From Macrostomum lignano (taxonomy: Eukaryota): a stretch of DNA of 64,000 nt. The stretch covers positions 496,001 through 560,000 of the forward strand of contig NIVC01000376.1 in assembly GCA_002269645.1 (NCBI GenBank), read 5' to 3'. Below are positions 13,140 through 25,700 of the stretch, in pieces (the stretch's first letter is position 1; each line of letters opens with the position of its first letter). The translations under genes were made by a program, and so were the position numbers. The notes under the pieces were generated by a model, which ran no database searches, was not told the origin of the DNA, and worked only from the letters and a program-made list of their open reading frames with translations.

Positions 13140-13948
13140 CTCAAGAACAGAGACTACTGAAAATTGAAGGCGATCTATTTAATTTAGCCCAGGTTTCTGG
13201 TGAAGCCTAGGGCACTTTTAGTAACCTGTGAGTTGTTATTTTTTGCTAGAAAATAATTCTGGCAACTGACCTCCGGCTTACACACAATTCACTGGAATCT
13301 CGAAACGCAATGACAAGCGCTGGTTGCTTGATTTGTCATTTTTTACAGCCTGTGTAGTGTACCTGTGTGTGTGTGCTTTCCTATACCAAAATTTACCCTC
13401 TTTCACCATGCAGTGTTTTCATTTTTCATCGGCCACTTTGGATAGCAGATCCCCCTATAAGTGTAGCGCCAAACTCCCGCTCGCGTTTTCCTGTTGCTGC
13501 TTCCATGGCAACCGCATGAAACCTGAGTAGAGCTCATGCAAGTTTAGAGAATCGCCTATTAGCCGTATTACTGGTCGGCTGCCTGAAATTTTCATGCCCC
13601 CGTTTGCCAAAACCGGGAACCTCTCGTGTGTTTTCCCAGCAGCCAATTCTCTCCGTTTGAGACCGCGCTGCTCTTCCTGTCAGCCAGTCTTGTTGCTGCT
13701 GTTGCTCCAAGAAGCAGTGTGTTTGTGTTCCACTCTTACCTTTTCTCTCAGCCTCATAGTCCGTCAGTTTTCTGATATTTAGCTCGTAGCAAGGGCTGTA
13801 CCGCTCCCATTGTAGCCTGCAATAGAGGGTGGGCGACAACATGGCACTGCAGTTTGCCGCTCCTTATGGCCATGGTAAGAAATTTTGAAAATTATAACAT
13901 TTACGCCGTACATCAACTCAGTCAGTTGGTTATTATTTAGCTAGGTAT

Positions 13949-14519
<571 letters not shown>

Positions 14520-15663
14520 ACATGCTTGACGAGAAACTTATTTAGTATCAAGTTATAGATTGTCATGCGGGTGGTGTGACACAGATCAACCGTGTCTAGA
14601 TACACTCGTAGCCGCAGAATGAGGAATGATAGTGCATCTGGTACTCCGAGGGGGGTTAAGATGGCTAGTCTATATAACTAAATCATTACTAAACTAAACT
14701 GATAAAGATTTCACTCCGAATTCACCTTTAAATGAATATATGTCTCCTAAAAATGTTCTCCAACTGACGAGCGACGGAAAAGTTGTTTGAAAACAGAAAA
14801 AATTCCCACTAAATTATAGCTTGTAGAAAAATAAAACTGAGAAAAAAACTGAACTTTCTGAGAAGGTTAGAGTATGGATGCAATTTCCCATAAAATTGCA
14901 GCAAAAGTTAAGGATTCTGAGCAGGCGATAATGGCCTCAACAGATCTCTATCATTTGTTCTCATGGGAGAGAGCTCGCTACCACTTGTTGTAATGTCTAC
15001 ACTGCATCGTTTTAGCACTGCCACTATCCAAAGATAGGATATAAAAAAACAGTTTGCATAGCATGTCTAGCCGTGGCTGGGCGGGCTTCGAAAATTGGCA
15101 TTTGACAAACTTCAAACCGCCTCTGCTTCGCTTTAAATTGTTCTAATGAATGATTGGCAGACATTTGCCTGACTGAGGCTTTTATCAGCATTGGATTCTG
15201 CTGGTACACTTTTGTGATTTCATATCTTTTCTGTTGCTTTCAGTCTACAAAGGACGGAGTATTTCCAGGTGAGTATCACAGCTGCCGTCGGATGCGTCCT
15301 TATGAATATCTCTCTCTACGAAAACCAGTGTAAAAAAACTTTTTTAAAAAATTAACGATCTGCATTTTAGCCAATCACTGAACAGGTAATTATGGCTGCA
15401 GATTGCACAATTGATGGAACCAAACCGGAAATTCAGACCTGAAATGGCATAAAAAATGTTTATGCGTTTAGCAATATACAATCTAATTAAATCTGTGTTT
15501 TTGTTGGACACTTGCTCTTTGCAGTATTCTCTATAATGCTATACCAATGCTTGTCTGTTTAATGCATAGCGTTTTCGAGTTGTAGCGACCTGTGCCTTCT
15601 ACGTACGGGTGCTTCTTATCCATGGAGATTTCGGCAGTGGACTAAAATTTTATTACTAACGTC

Positions 15664-16106
15664 CACAGATACTAGAATAACTAAATGGGCCACTCAGCAC
15701 ATTTGCGTGTAAGCTACTTTCAGTTCAGTAGTAAGTTAAACTGAAGCATTTTAATGTATTTTTAAAGCCAAGGCTCATTTATTGCCTCTTACCCTCCAAT
15801 TAAACCCTCCAACCGCGCCTTTCCACACTACCCCGCCCGTCCCAATTTTATTGCCTTTCTCGGAATTCCAGCCTAAAGCGGCCATGTACATTTCAGTGGA
15901 CTGGCTAATGTACATTACTGCTGAACCAATTAGCAAGTTGTTTACGCCTGCAAGGTTGTGTGGGCTTCTAAACTTATCAAAGTCATTTCAGCAGCCTTTT
16001 TTATAAAATAGCTTATGCATTCCTTGCTACGGAGCTGAAAGTAGAAAGCTGTTTTGCTAAGTATATATATGCCTGAGTGGCCTATCTAGTTATTTTAGTA
16101 TCTGTG
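15664..16106. mobile_element. MITE-like non-autonomous element, ~440 bp
   Basis: Imperfect ~30 bp TIRs with CAC...GTG ends. A diverged copy lies in opposite orientation at 19963-20403. No clear TSD. Confidence 0.7.
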
Positions 16107-16734
16107 CTACTACTAACTCATATATCATTTAACTCGATATCAGCTGATACTGCTAAACAATATTTATATATACTTGACCTGAGTCTTCTTGCATAAAATT
16201 AAAAAGTTTTTTCGTGCTTTTTGGAAGAAAGATTAACATCGTGTTTTGAAAATCCAAACATGAAAATTTTTATTGATTCTTACGCCATAGTTCAGGAAAG
16301 TAATTTCTTGTAAATTTGCTCTCAAGTTGCTTTGAAAGCAGATACATTATGTGCAGAAACTCAGGGTCAGTCTCAGGATCAAGTGCATATCTCCGGCGTT
16401 TCTTTGCTCTATCCTTGTTAAACTAGACAAACCGTTTACTCGTAAAATCGATTCTATTAGAAAATTGCGCCTAAACTGGACGTCCCCGCAGACGTCTCAT
16501 GGAGCTGGGACCTCGGCCTCGACCGCAGACGAAGAGCCTCTGGAAGGTGTCAATCAGTGGCACAGCGCCGCCAGGTATTTTTTAGTCCGAAAAACGGATT
16601 ACAATTAAACAAATTAAGTTTCTGATCCCACTGAGGCACTCCCTCCCCCAAACTCGGCAGTGACCTTGAAGAGGGGCGGCCTGGTACCAGCGATAGGACG
16701 CGCGGCGCAGGCTCAGCAGCCGCAGCAGGACGTG

Positions 16735-19700
16735 ATGATTCTGATGTCGAGCGGTCAGGAGCTCGAATTCCGTCTGGCGCCCGAGCTGTCGCAGTCGCTG
16801 AAGCCCGGCCAGCTGCCTGACGAGGTCGGAGCCGTCAGCAGCACCGGCCCGCGAGCGAAACGACGCGCCCCAGCTCAGCGGTCGCAGAAGCCGCCACAAC
16901 AGGTCACCGTTGGAGTTGTGCAACTCGGCGATGTCTATGAGTTGCCGCCGGCCGCAGCCTCTGTTTCCACATCAGTGCAGAGCTTCTCAAAGACGCTGAG
17001 CTCGATGTCACCTGGCCAGGCCGTGGAGGAGTTCTCTTTGGGTCGAATGTACCCAGGAGCTCTCGGGGCGCCCAGAGCCGGGCGCATGCAGCTCGTGAGT
17101 CAGCTGCAGCCCATCGCTGAGCCGGACGAGGAACCGAAGCAGCAAGCAAAGTTTCCCGGTCTGCCAGAGTCCAGGCATCCCCGTAGGCAGCCGAAATTTA
17201 TGCAGCAGTTGCAGCAGCAACAACAACAGCAACAGCAGCAACTAAAACAGAGTTGTCAATTATCGCAGCCGAAGCAACAGCAGTTCAGCTTCGGTCAACT
17301 ACCTGAAGCCAAGCAGGTTTCGAGGCTTCCTCAGCATCTTCAGCAGCTGCAGCAGCAGCAGGAGACTCTTCAAGGCCAGTCGGAATTGAATCTGAGACGC
17401 GGAGCGTTCCCTGTCTTGCCACCGACAAAACAGAAGAAACTGACTGGGCCAAAACTAGGTGAGTCGCAACATCAGAAGAGTGTTCAACAAAGAACAGAGT
17501 TGCGGAATTCTTTGTTAGAGCCGCTGCTGCAGCAGCAGCCTCAGTCAGAGCAGCAGCCACTCCAGCAGCAACTGCTCCAACAACTGCTCAATCAGCAGCA
17601 GCAACTGCCTCAGTCAGAGCAGCAGCCACTCCAGCAGCAACTGCTCCAACAACTGCTCAATCAGCAGCAGCAACTGCCTCAGTCAGAGCAGCAGCCACTC
17701 CAGCAGCAACTGCTCCAACAACTGCTCAATCAGCAGCAGCAACTGCCTCAGTCAGAGCAGCAGCCACTCCAGCAGCAACTGCTCCAACAACTGCTCAATC
17801 AGCAGCAACAACTGCCTCAGTCAGAGCAGCAGCCACTCCAGCAGCAACTGCTCCAACAACTGCTCAACCAGCAGCAGCCCCAGTCAGAGCAGCAGCAGCA
17901 ACTGCTCCAACAACTGCTCAACCAGCAGCAGCCTCAGTCAGAGCAGCAACAGCAACTGCTCCAACAACTGCTCAACCAGCAGCAGCCTCAGTCAGAGCAG
18001 CAACAGCAACTGCTCCAACAACTGCTCAACCAGCAGCAGCCCCAGTCAGAGCAGCAACAGCAACTGCTCCAACAACTGCTCAACCAGCAGCAGCCCCAGT
18101 CAGAGCAGCAACAGCAACTGCTCCAACAACTGCTCAACCAGCAGCAGCCTCAGTCAGAGCAGCAACAGCAACTGCTCCAACAACTGCTCAACCAGCAGCA
18201 GCCTCAGTCAGAGCAGCAACAGCAACTGCTTCAACAACTGCTCAACCAGCAGCAGCCCCAGTCAGAGCAGCAACAGCAAGATGTGCCAGCTCAGTTGCAG
18301 CAGCAGCAGCAGGACCGCCAACTAGCGGAACACGAGCAGTCAGAGCAACTTTCGTTCCAGAATCAATCTCAGCTAGATGAGCAGGAACAGCAGCTTCAGT
18401 CTCAGTCAGAGCAGGAGCAGCATGCTGGTGAAGCGACAGATTCAACTATTGACGATGCTGACAAGACACCGACATCGAAGACGCCAGTGGAGACAGACTC
18501 AGACAAAGAATCGGACAAAGACTCAGAAGAAAGCGAAGCTGCGATGCCGTTTGACGATGGCGAGGATCTGGGAGACGAGGAGGAGGAGCTCGAGGCGGTC
18601 GACGAGATCGACGTTGAAGAGGATGAGGAGGACGACGACCTGCCGGAGCTCGAGCTGCTGACCGGACCGCTGAGCCTGGGCCGCCACCCAACCGTTGACG
18701 CGGTGTTCAGAGGCTCTCTGGACGATCTGCCAGCGATGCCAAGTAAAATTGTGCGAATTTTCACCAGCTCAACGTTTACGGGTGAGTTTTGGTTGAGAAT
18801 TAGGAAACGTCATCACTTCAAAATCTCTTTGCTCCGTAGACCTCGTGATCCTACGCTGTTTGATGTTTAATGCAGACACCGGCGTGGAGCGCAACTCTCT
18901 GATGGAAAGAGTCTATCCGAAAATCAAGGAATACTGCCGGGAGAAGCACGGGCTGGAATTTCAGGTAGGAATGAAATATCTATCGATTTCTGGTAGGTCA
19001 ACTCTCTATGGCAGTGAACGAGGCATAGAAAGCACAGATAGAACGCACCTAGACAGAAGGCACCTAGACAGTAAGCACATAGAAAGATAACAAGGACAGA
19101 ATACACATGGACAGAATACAAAATGGACAGAATACACATCGACAGAATACGCATGATGGACAGAATACGCATGGTGAACAGAATACACATGAACAGAATA
19201 CACATGGATAGAATACACATCGACAGAATACACATAAACATAATATGTATTCTGTCCATGAACACATGAACAGAATACACATCGACAGAATACACATGGA
19301 CAGAATACACATGGACAGAATACACATGGACAGAATACACATGAACAGAATACACATGGTGGACAGAATACACATGGGGGACAGAATACACATGAACAGA
19401 GTACACATGGACAGAATACACATGGACAGAATACACATGGACAGAATATACATGGACAGAATACACATGGTGGACAGAATACACATAGACAGAATACACA
19501 CGGACAGAATACACACGCCAGGTCGTCGACATGCGCTGGGGAGTAAGAGATGAGGCCACTGACGATCACATGACAACGGAGCTCTGCCTACGCGAGATCA
19601 AGACCTGCCAGAGAGTCAGCGTTGGCCCGAATTTTGTCGTCCTGCTCGGCCAGAAATACGGCTACCGGCCCGTCCCAACCCTGATCGACGCCCAGGAGTT

Positions 19701-22700
19701 CGACATGATCGTGGCTGCTGTGCGGCAGGGCGGCGCAGAGAAGGACGCAGCCTGCCTGGAGCGCTGGTACAAGCGGGACGCGAATATTGTGCCACCTGTG
19801 CAGGTCCTCCAGCCGATATCGTCCATATTGATTCACTTCAATAATAAGGTGAGAATTGGGGAAAGGGGAAGGGACAGAGCATCTAAATGGTTAATGCGTT
19901 GATCATTCAACTTTGATAAAATTGTGCAATCTGCAAGAAAATCCTCTTCAATTAAGTTCAATCACATACTAAAATAACTAGATGGGCCACTCAGGCGCAA
20001 ATACTTAGCAAAACAGCTTTCTACTTTCAGTTCAGTAGCAAAGAAGAATGCATAAGCTATTTTATAAGAATAAAGGTGGCTGAGATGATTTTGACTAACT
20101 TAGAAGCCAAGCTTGCAGATGTAAACAGCTTGCTAATTGGTTCAGCCATAATGTACATTGGCCGCTGAAATGTACATGGCAGATTTAGGCTGCAATAACC
20201 GAGGAAGGCAATAAAAACTGGGTGACGGGGCAGGGTAGATCTGTGTGCAGTTTGAGGGTTTAAGCTTGGGAGGGGGTAAGGGACAATAAATGAGCCTTGG
20301 CTTTAAAAATACATTAAAATGCTTCAGTTTAACTTACTACTGAACTGAAAGTAGCTTACACGGAAATGTGCCGAGTGGCCCATCTAGTTAGTCTAGTATC
20401 TGGGAGTTCAATTAAACAATCTACTTTGATTTCTTTTGCAAAACAAAAATTACGAATTTCAGGACAAGGTGGGACGAAGCCTCTCTGTTATCTGATTTTA
20501 GATTAATTCAATTTTACATCAATTAATTCGGAGTTTTTTAAGCTTTCAACATTATTCTATCAGGTTTTACTTCTAATTGTTGTTTTGGGTGTCCCATATT
20601 ATAAATAAATGACATAATTTATAACTGCCTGATAAATGTTTACAAGCTAAATCGTGCTGCCAAATATCTGGATGTTAAAAATGAAACTTTATTATTAAAC
20701 CCCGCTAAACTCTGCAAACTTGACTGCACAACTTCCCCAAAAACCGCAGGGCATGCAAAAAATGATGGAAGCTCACCAGAACGAATGGTGGTCCACAATG
20801 TCCTCGATGCAAGTGATCTTTCGACAGGCCGCCGATGCGCTGTTTGCCCAGGGAAAACTTGACGCAGACCAGAGGCACAACTATTTCATGTCGGGTGCGT
20901 TTCCAAGCTGATTTTGAATTTTTGACAGCATCATTAGCTCGTTAAAAATGCCTGTGAAGTTTGCTAAACGCGTCTGAGAATCTCAGATTCCGAGGTTCTA
21001 TCCCGAACAGTGTCCGAGGATCTTCCCGAACAGTGTCCGAGGATCTTTCCAAAAAAGTGTCCGAGGACCATTCCAAAACAGTGTCCGAGGATCATTCCAA
21101 ACAGTGTCCGAGGATCATTCCAAAAAAAGTGTCCGAGGACCATTCCAAAACAGTGTTCGAGGATCATTCCAAAAAAGTGTCCGAGGACCATTCCAAAACA
21201 GTGTCCGAGGATCATTCCAAACAGTGTCCGAGGATCATTCCAAAAAAAGTGTCCGAGGACCATTCCAAAACAGTGTTCGAGGATCATTCCAAAAAGTGTC
21301 CGAGGATCATTCTAAAAAGTGTCCGAGGATCTTTCCCAAACAGTGTCCGAGGATCATTCCAAACAGTGTCCGAGGATCATTCCTAAAAAAGTGTCCGAGG
21401 ACCATTCCAAAACAGTGTCCGAGGATCATTCCAAACAGTGTCCGAGGATCATTCCAAAAAAAGTGTCCGAGGACCATTCCAAAACAGTGTTCGAGGATCA
21501 TTCCAAAAAGTGTCCGAGGATCATTCTAAAAAGTGTCCGAGGATCTTTCCCAAACAGTGTCCGAGGATCATTCCAAACAGTGTCCGAGGATCATTCCTAA
21601 AAAAGTGTCCGAGGACCATTCCAAAACAGTGTTCGAGGATCATTTCAAAACAGTGTCCGAGGATCATTCCAAACAGTGTCCGAGGATCATTCCAAACAGT
21701 GTCCGAGGATCATTCCAAACAGTGTCCGAGGATCATTCCTAAAAAAGTGTCCGAGGACCATTCCAAAACAGTGTTCGAGGATCATTTCAAAACAGTGTCC
21801 GAGGATCATTCCAAACAGTGTCCGAGGATCATTCCAAACAGTGTCCGAGGATCATTTCAAAACAGTGTCCGAGGATCATTCCCAAATCGTGTCCGAGTAT
21901 TCTACCAATGTCCGAGAATACGAGGTCTGAGGATATTTCCCGACTAGTGTCCTAGAATATTTCCGGAATAGTGTCCGAGAAACTTTCCCAAAGTGTCTGA
22001 GACTCTGCTAAATAACGTCTGAGGATTTCCCTACTATCTTACAGAACAGTGTCCAAAGATGTTCCCGAGTATTGTTGGAGGATCTTTTACAGTTTTCGTG
22101 TCTCATCCTCTGAAATGTTTTCTAGAATTGTCTAATTGTCTAAGTGTCTAATAATCTCGTCTAGGAAGAGTTCTCTAAAATCACCCCTAAACAGTGTCCG
22201 ACCGTCAACAATGTGTGGAAGGGGTGTGGTTCTATCTCCTTGATAATTCCACTGGCGTTACCAAAGTTGTAAACAGGGGTTTTCCTCTGTCTTAGTTGTG
22301 ATGGATTACAGTTCACCTCTGGGCATAAGTCTTAAAATTGGTCTGAGTATATTAGTCTTATTATACATGTAGGTCGTAGTATATATCTACTGGTAGCGTT
22401 GTTATTCTGCACTGGTAGCATTCTTTGTAGGCCTGAGCGGTATATTACTGTTAGTAGCATACGTATTGCATGTATATCTCTTCCAGTCCTGGGAGTTTCC
22501 GAGATTAGAGGGTTTCCGAGATTACGGCCTTCGGTATTCTACGAGTATATATGATTCGAGATCTACTTCGTTTCTTCCTGGACTCGGTATTCTACTTATC
22601 AGTAGTATATAAGTTATATGCTGCTTCTACTTCACTCTCAGAAAATTAACAAAGTCTTTTTATACCAATTTTAGGATCGTTTTAAACAAAAAAATGACAA

Positions 22701-25700
22701 AAAATTTTTAGAAAATGCGCGTATTAAAACAAATTGTTTTTGTTAGAAACGCGCGGATTTCAAATTTCTAGAAAGATAATATTTTCCACAAATGCTTGCC
22801 AGACTCTGTTTTAGCGTTAATGTCCGAACGAAAACAGTAAAACTACGAGCGAACATTAGCCAAACAGAAAAGCTCTTCAATCGTTAACAACCCACTAGAT
22901 TTTTAACGGATCCCACGTACCGTCACTGCCGCCCCATCAGTCACGGAGCGTGAGAACATTCACGGTATCCTAACCGCGGAGAGCAACCACCGGCACACGC
23001 TGGCTTTCCTCCGCCAGCTGGAGGGCATCAGCCTGGAGAACTGGCGGACCGCCAGAAACTTCATAGACATGTCCGGCCCGGAAGTTGACCGAGAAGCCCA
23101 GCGGCTGATGGACGATCTGCGCGATCGAAAAATTCCGGAGTGCCTCAGAGCGTCCTCGATAATTCGGTATTCACAGCCGTGGGTAGATCCGTCTGGTATT
23201 CACCTGGATACGCATAAAGGTAATTAAGAAAAATTCTTGGATGAATAAACTGTTTGAACACATTTTTACTCCTTGTAGTTTAACCTGCTAGTTCCGCCTG
23301 TAGACACGCGTTTCAAGTTCTATTTACGTTTTCTTCTTGCTACAATGTACCTTTGCAGGCAGGTACACAAAGTGTGAACAGTGGTTCCTGACTTCTTTCT
23401 CGACATGCATGTACAAAATTGTAATGCAACATGCCTTGGGGACTTGATGCTTAAATTTGTTCAGAAAAGCTTTATGCTACGACTCGAGAACGTCATCCAA
23501 AACCTGAAAAAGAGTTCGGCTCCTGTGTTTCAATGGGTCGAGGCCTTTGACCACCGTGTCAAAGATTTGTCCATAAGCAAACTTAACAGTAGGAATACCA
23601 AGCAATTTTTCCTCCCGTCGAACTACCAAGGAGGGGGTGTGGTTGATCTAGTTGCAACAGGATGTCTATAGCCGCCTGGTGTCATCTGTTGAAGGTGCTG
23701 ACGGCGTCGGGGTGATAGCGGAATGCTTGAGAGACCAGCTGAGGATTCCGGCAGTTGTGATTTTCCAACTGTCGAGGCTTGATCAGCGAAACTCGAGAAA
23801 TTTGCAACTGCGTGTCCATAGTCACCTGATGCCACCTGTTGAAGGTCCAGAAGTTCAGTTCAGTTTTACAAAAGCCAGTAACCAAAGAAGTCAGAGCTGA
23901 TGCAGACACATGTGATCGACATGCTGGTGAAATTGGAGGCTTGTAAAGGCTGCACTGAGGCGCAGTGCCGATTGGCGCACAGGGATGTATTGAATCCGAC
24001 CTTCTGGCAGAAGCGTGGAGTATCTCGACAGTCTTAAGGGCTTGCAACTTGATTCTTTTTTGAAAAGGTGCGCAACAAAACGTTAGCCCGTGTTTATGAG
24101 TTTCGTGTGCCTGCGTTGCTTCGTTCCTTCGCAGCAAAACAAATCGTGAAGGGGGTTCTCCCTTGCTAGTTCTACTGTTAATCCTGTAGCCCAAACAGAA
24201 ACGCCTTTTCCCTCCGCAGAGTACATTGACCAATTCTGCGACACTTTCTACACCCGGCTGGTGAAACTCATCGATCGAGGCGCCCGCCGCAACCGGCTCG
24301 TATCCAAGGACGCGACTCTGGCGGAGATCCTGCAACACCTGCTAGTATGCGCCAAGCTATGCGAGGTAAGTAGAGAAAATAGCCAAATTAACCTTAGCAG
24401 TAGAGCACACCGTGCTATCTCTAATGCAAATCAATTATACTACTCAACCTTTTCAGCTTTTTCAGGGCCGCGAGGCCGACCTGCAGAAAATTCGCAACTA
24501 CTGCCGCGACCCGGACAATCGGCAAATTTTTATCATCTACGGCGACCCCGGCTGCGGCAAGACGTCGCTGATGGCCAAGTCCTGCGGTCAGGTGAGCCGA
24601 TGTGATGACAAAGCTTACTGGAGAAGAAACTTGAAAGTTGATAGCTAGCTAAATAGCTTTAATACGAGTAGTTACACTTGATTTGACTGCCGCATTGTCC
24701 TGATTGCTCCTCAGGTGAGAGACTGGTTTCAAGATGAGCAGTCTCAGCTGCAGCAAGTGGAGCCCTGCATCGTATTCCGACTGTTAGGTACGTCTCCGCA
24801 GAGTTCCTCTCTGCTAGTCCTGCTCACCAGCCTGTGTCGCCAGCTGAGCTTTCTCTATGAGCAGCGCACGGTTGACATCCCCGAGGAGTTGCCCCGACTC
24901 ATTCAGCACTTCAAGCAGCTCATGACCTTCGCCACACCGCAGAGACCGCTGCTGGTGTTCCTTGACTCTCTGGAAGAGTTATCGCCTGAGAACAATGCTC
25001 ACCTGCTCCTGTGGCTGCCAGATGAGCTTCCACCAAACGTCAAAGTCGTACTGTCCTCGTTGCCAAACTTCCATGGCCTGTTGAAAACATTTAACCTGAA
25101 GGTATCCAGAACTGAGAACTTCTTAAAGCTGGACGATCTTGGCAAGCCGCTGTCGCTTGAGGTGCTGAAAGTGTGGCTCCGGTCGGCTAACCGAAGCATC
25201 ACCGAGCAGCAGTGGCAGGTGGTCGACAAAGCCATTTCAAAGTGCGCCTCACCGCTGTTTGTCAAGATTGTCTTCGACGAGATAACGCGCTGGCGCTCCT
25301 ACGATTCGCCGGAGAAAACCGTGCTGTCCTTCAACATCTTCGACGGCATCATGCAGCTGTTCCAGCGCATCGAGAACCAGCACGGCCTCATACTGGTCAC
25401 CCATGCTTTTTCCTACATCACAGCGTCAAAGAGCGGCATCTCCGAGTCCGAGCTGGAGGACAGCCTCTCCTTGGACGAGAAGGTTCTCAACGATGTGTAT
25501 CAGTACCACCTGCCTCCCAGCAGGCGCATTCCTCCGCTGCTCTGGACGCGAATTCGCAATGAACTGCCCGGCTTCCTGGTTGAGAAGGAAGCGGACGGGG
25601 CGAGCGTGGTCTACTGGTACCACCGGCAGTTCTTCCAGGTATGCGAGAAACGTTACTTTAAGAATCTCAACTTCAAATCGAGCATCCATTCGAACCTGGC

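Noticed and set aside
23381-24219. ORFs in NWD intron 5 (including 23682-24338 minus) as a nested gene or integrase relic
   Set aside because: Only vague resemblance, several stops, no convincing catalytic motif; the long ORF partly reflects antisense to exon 6.
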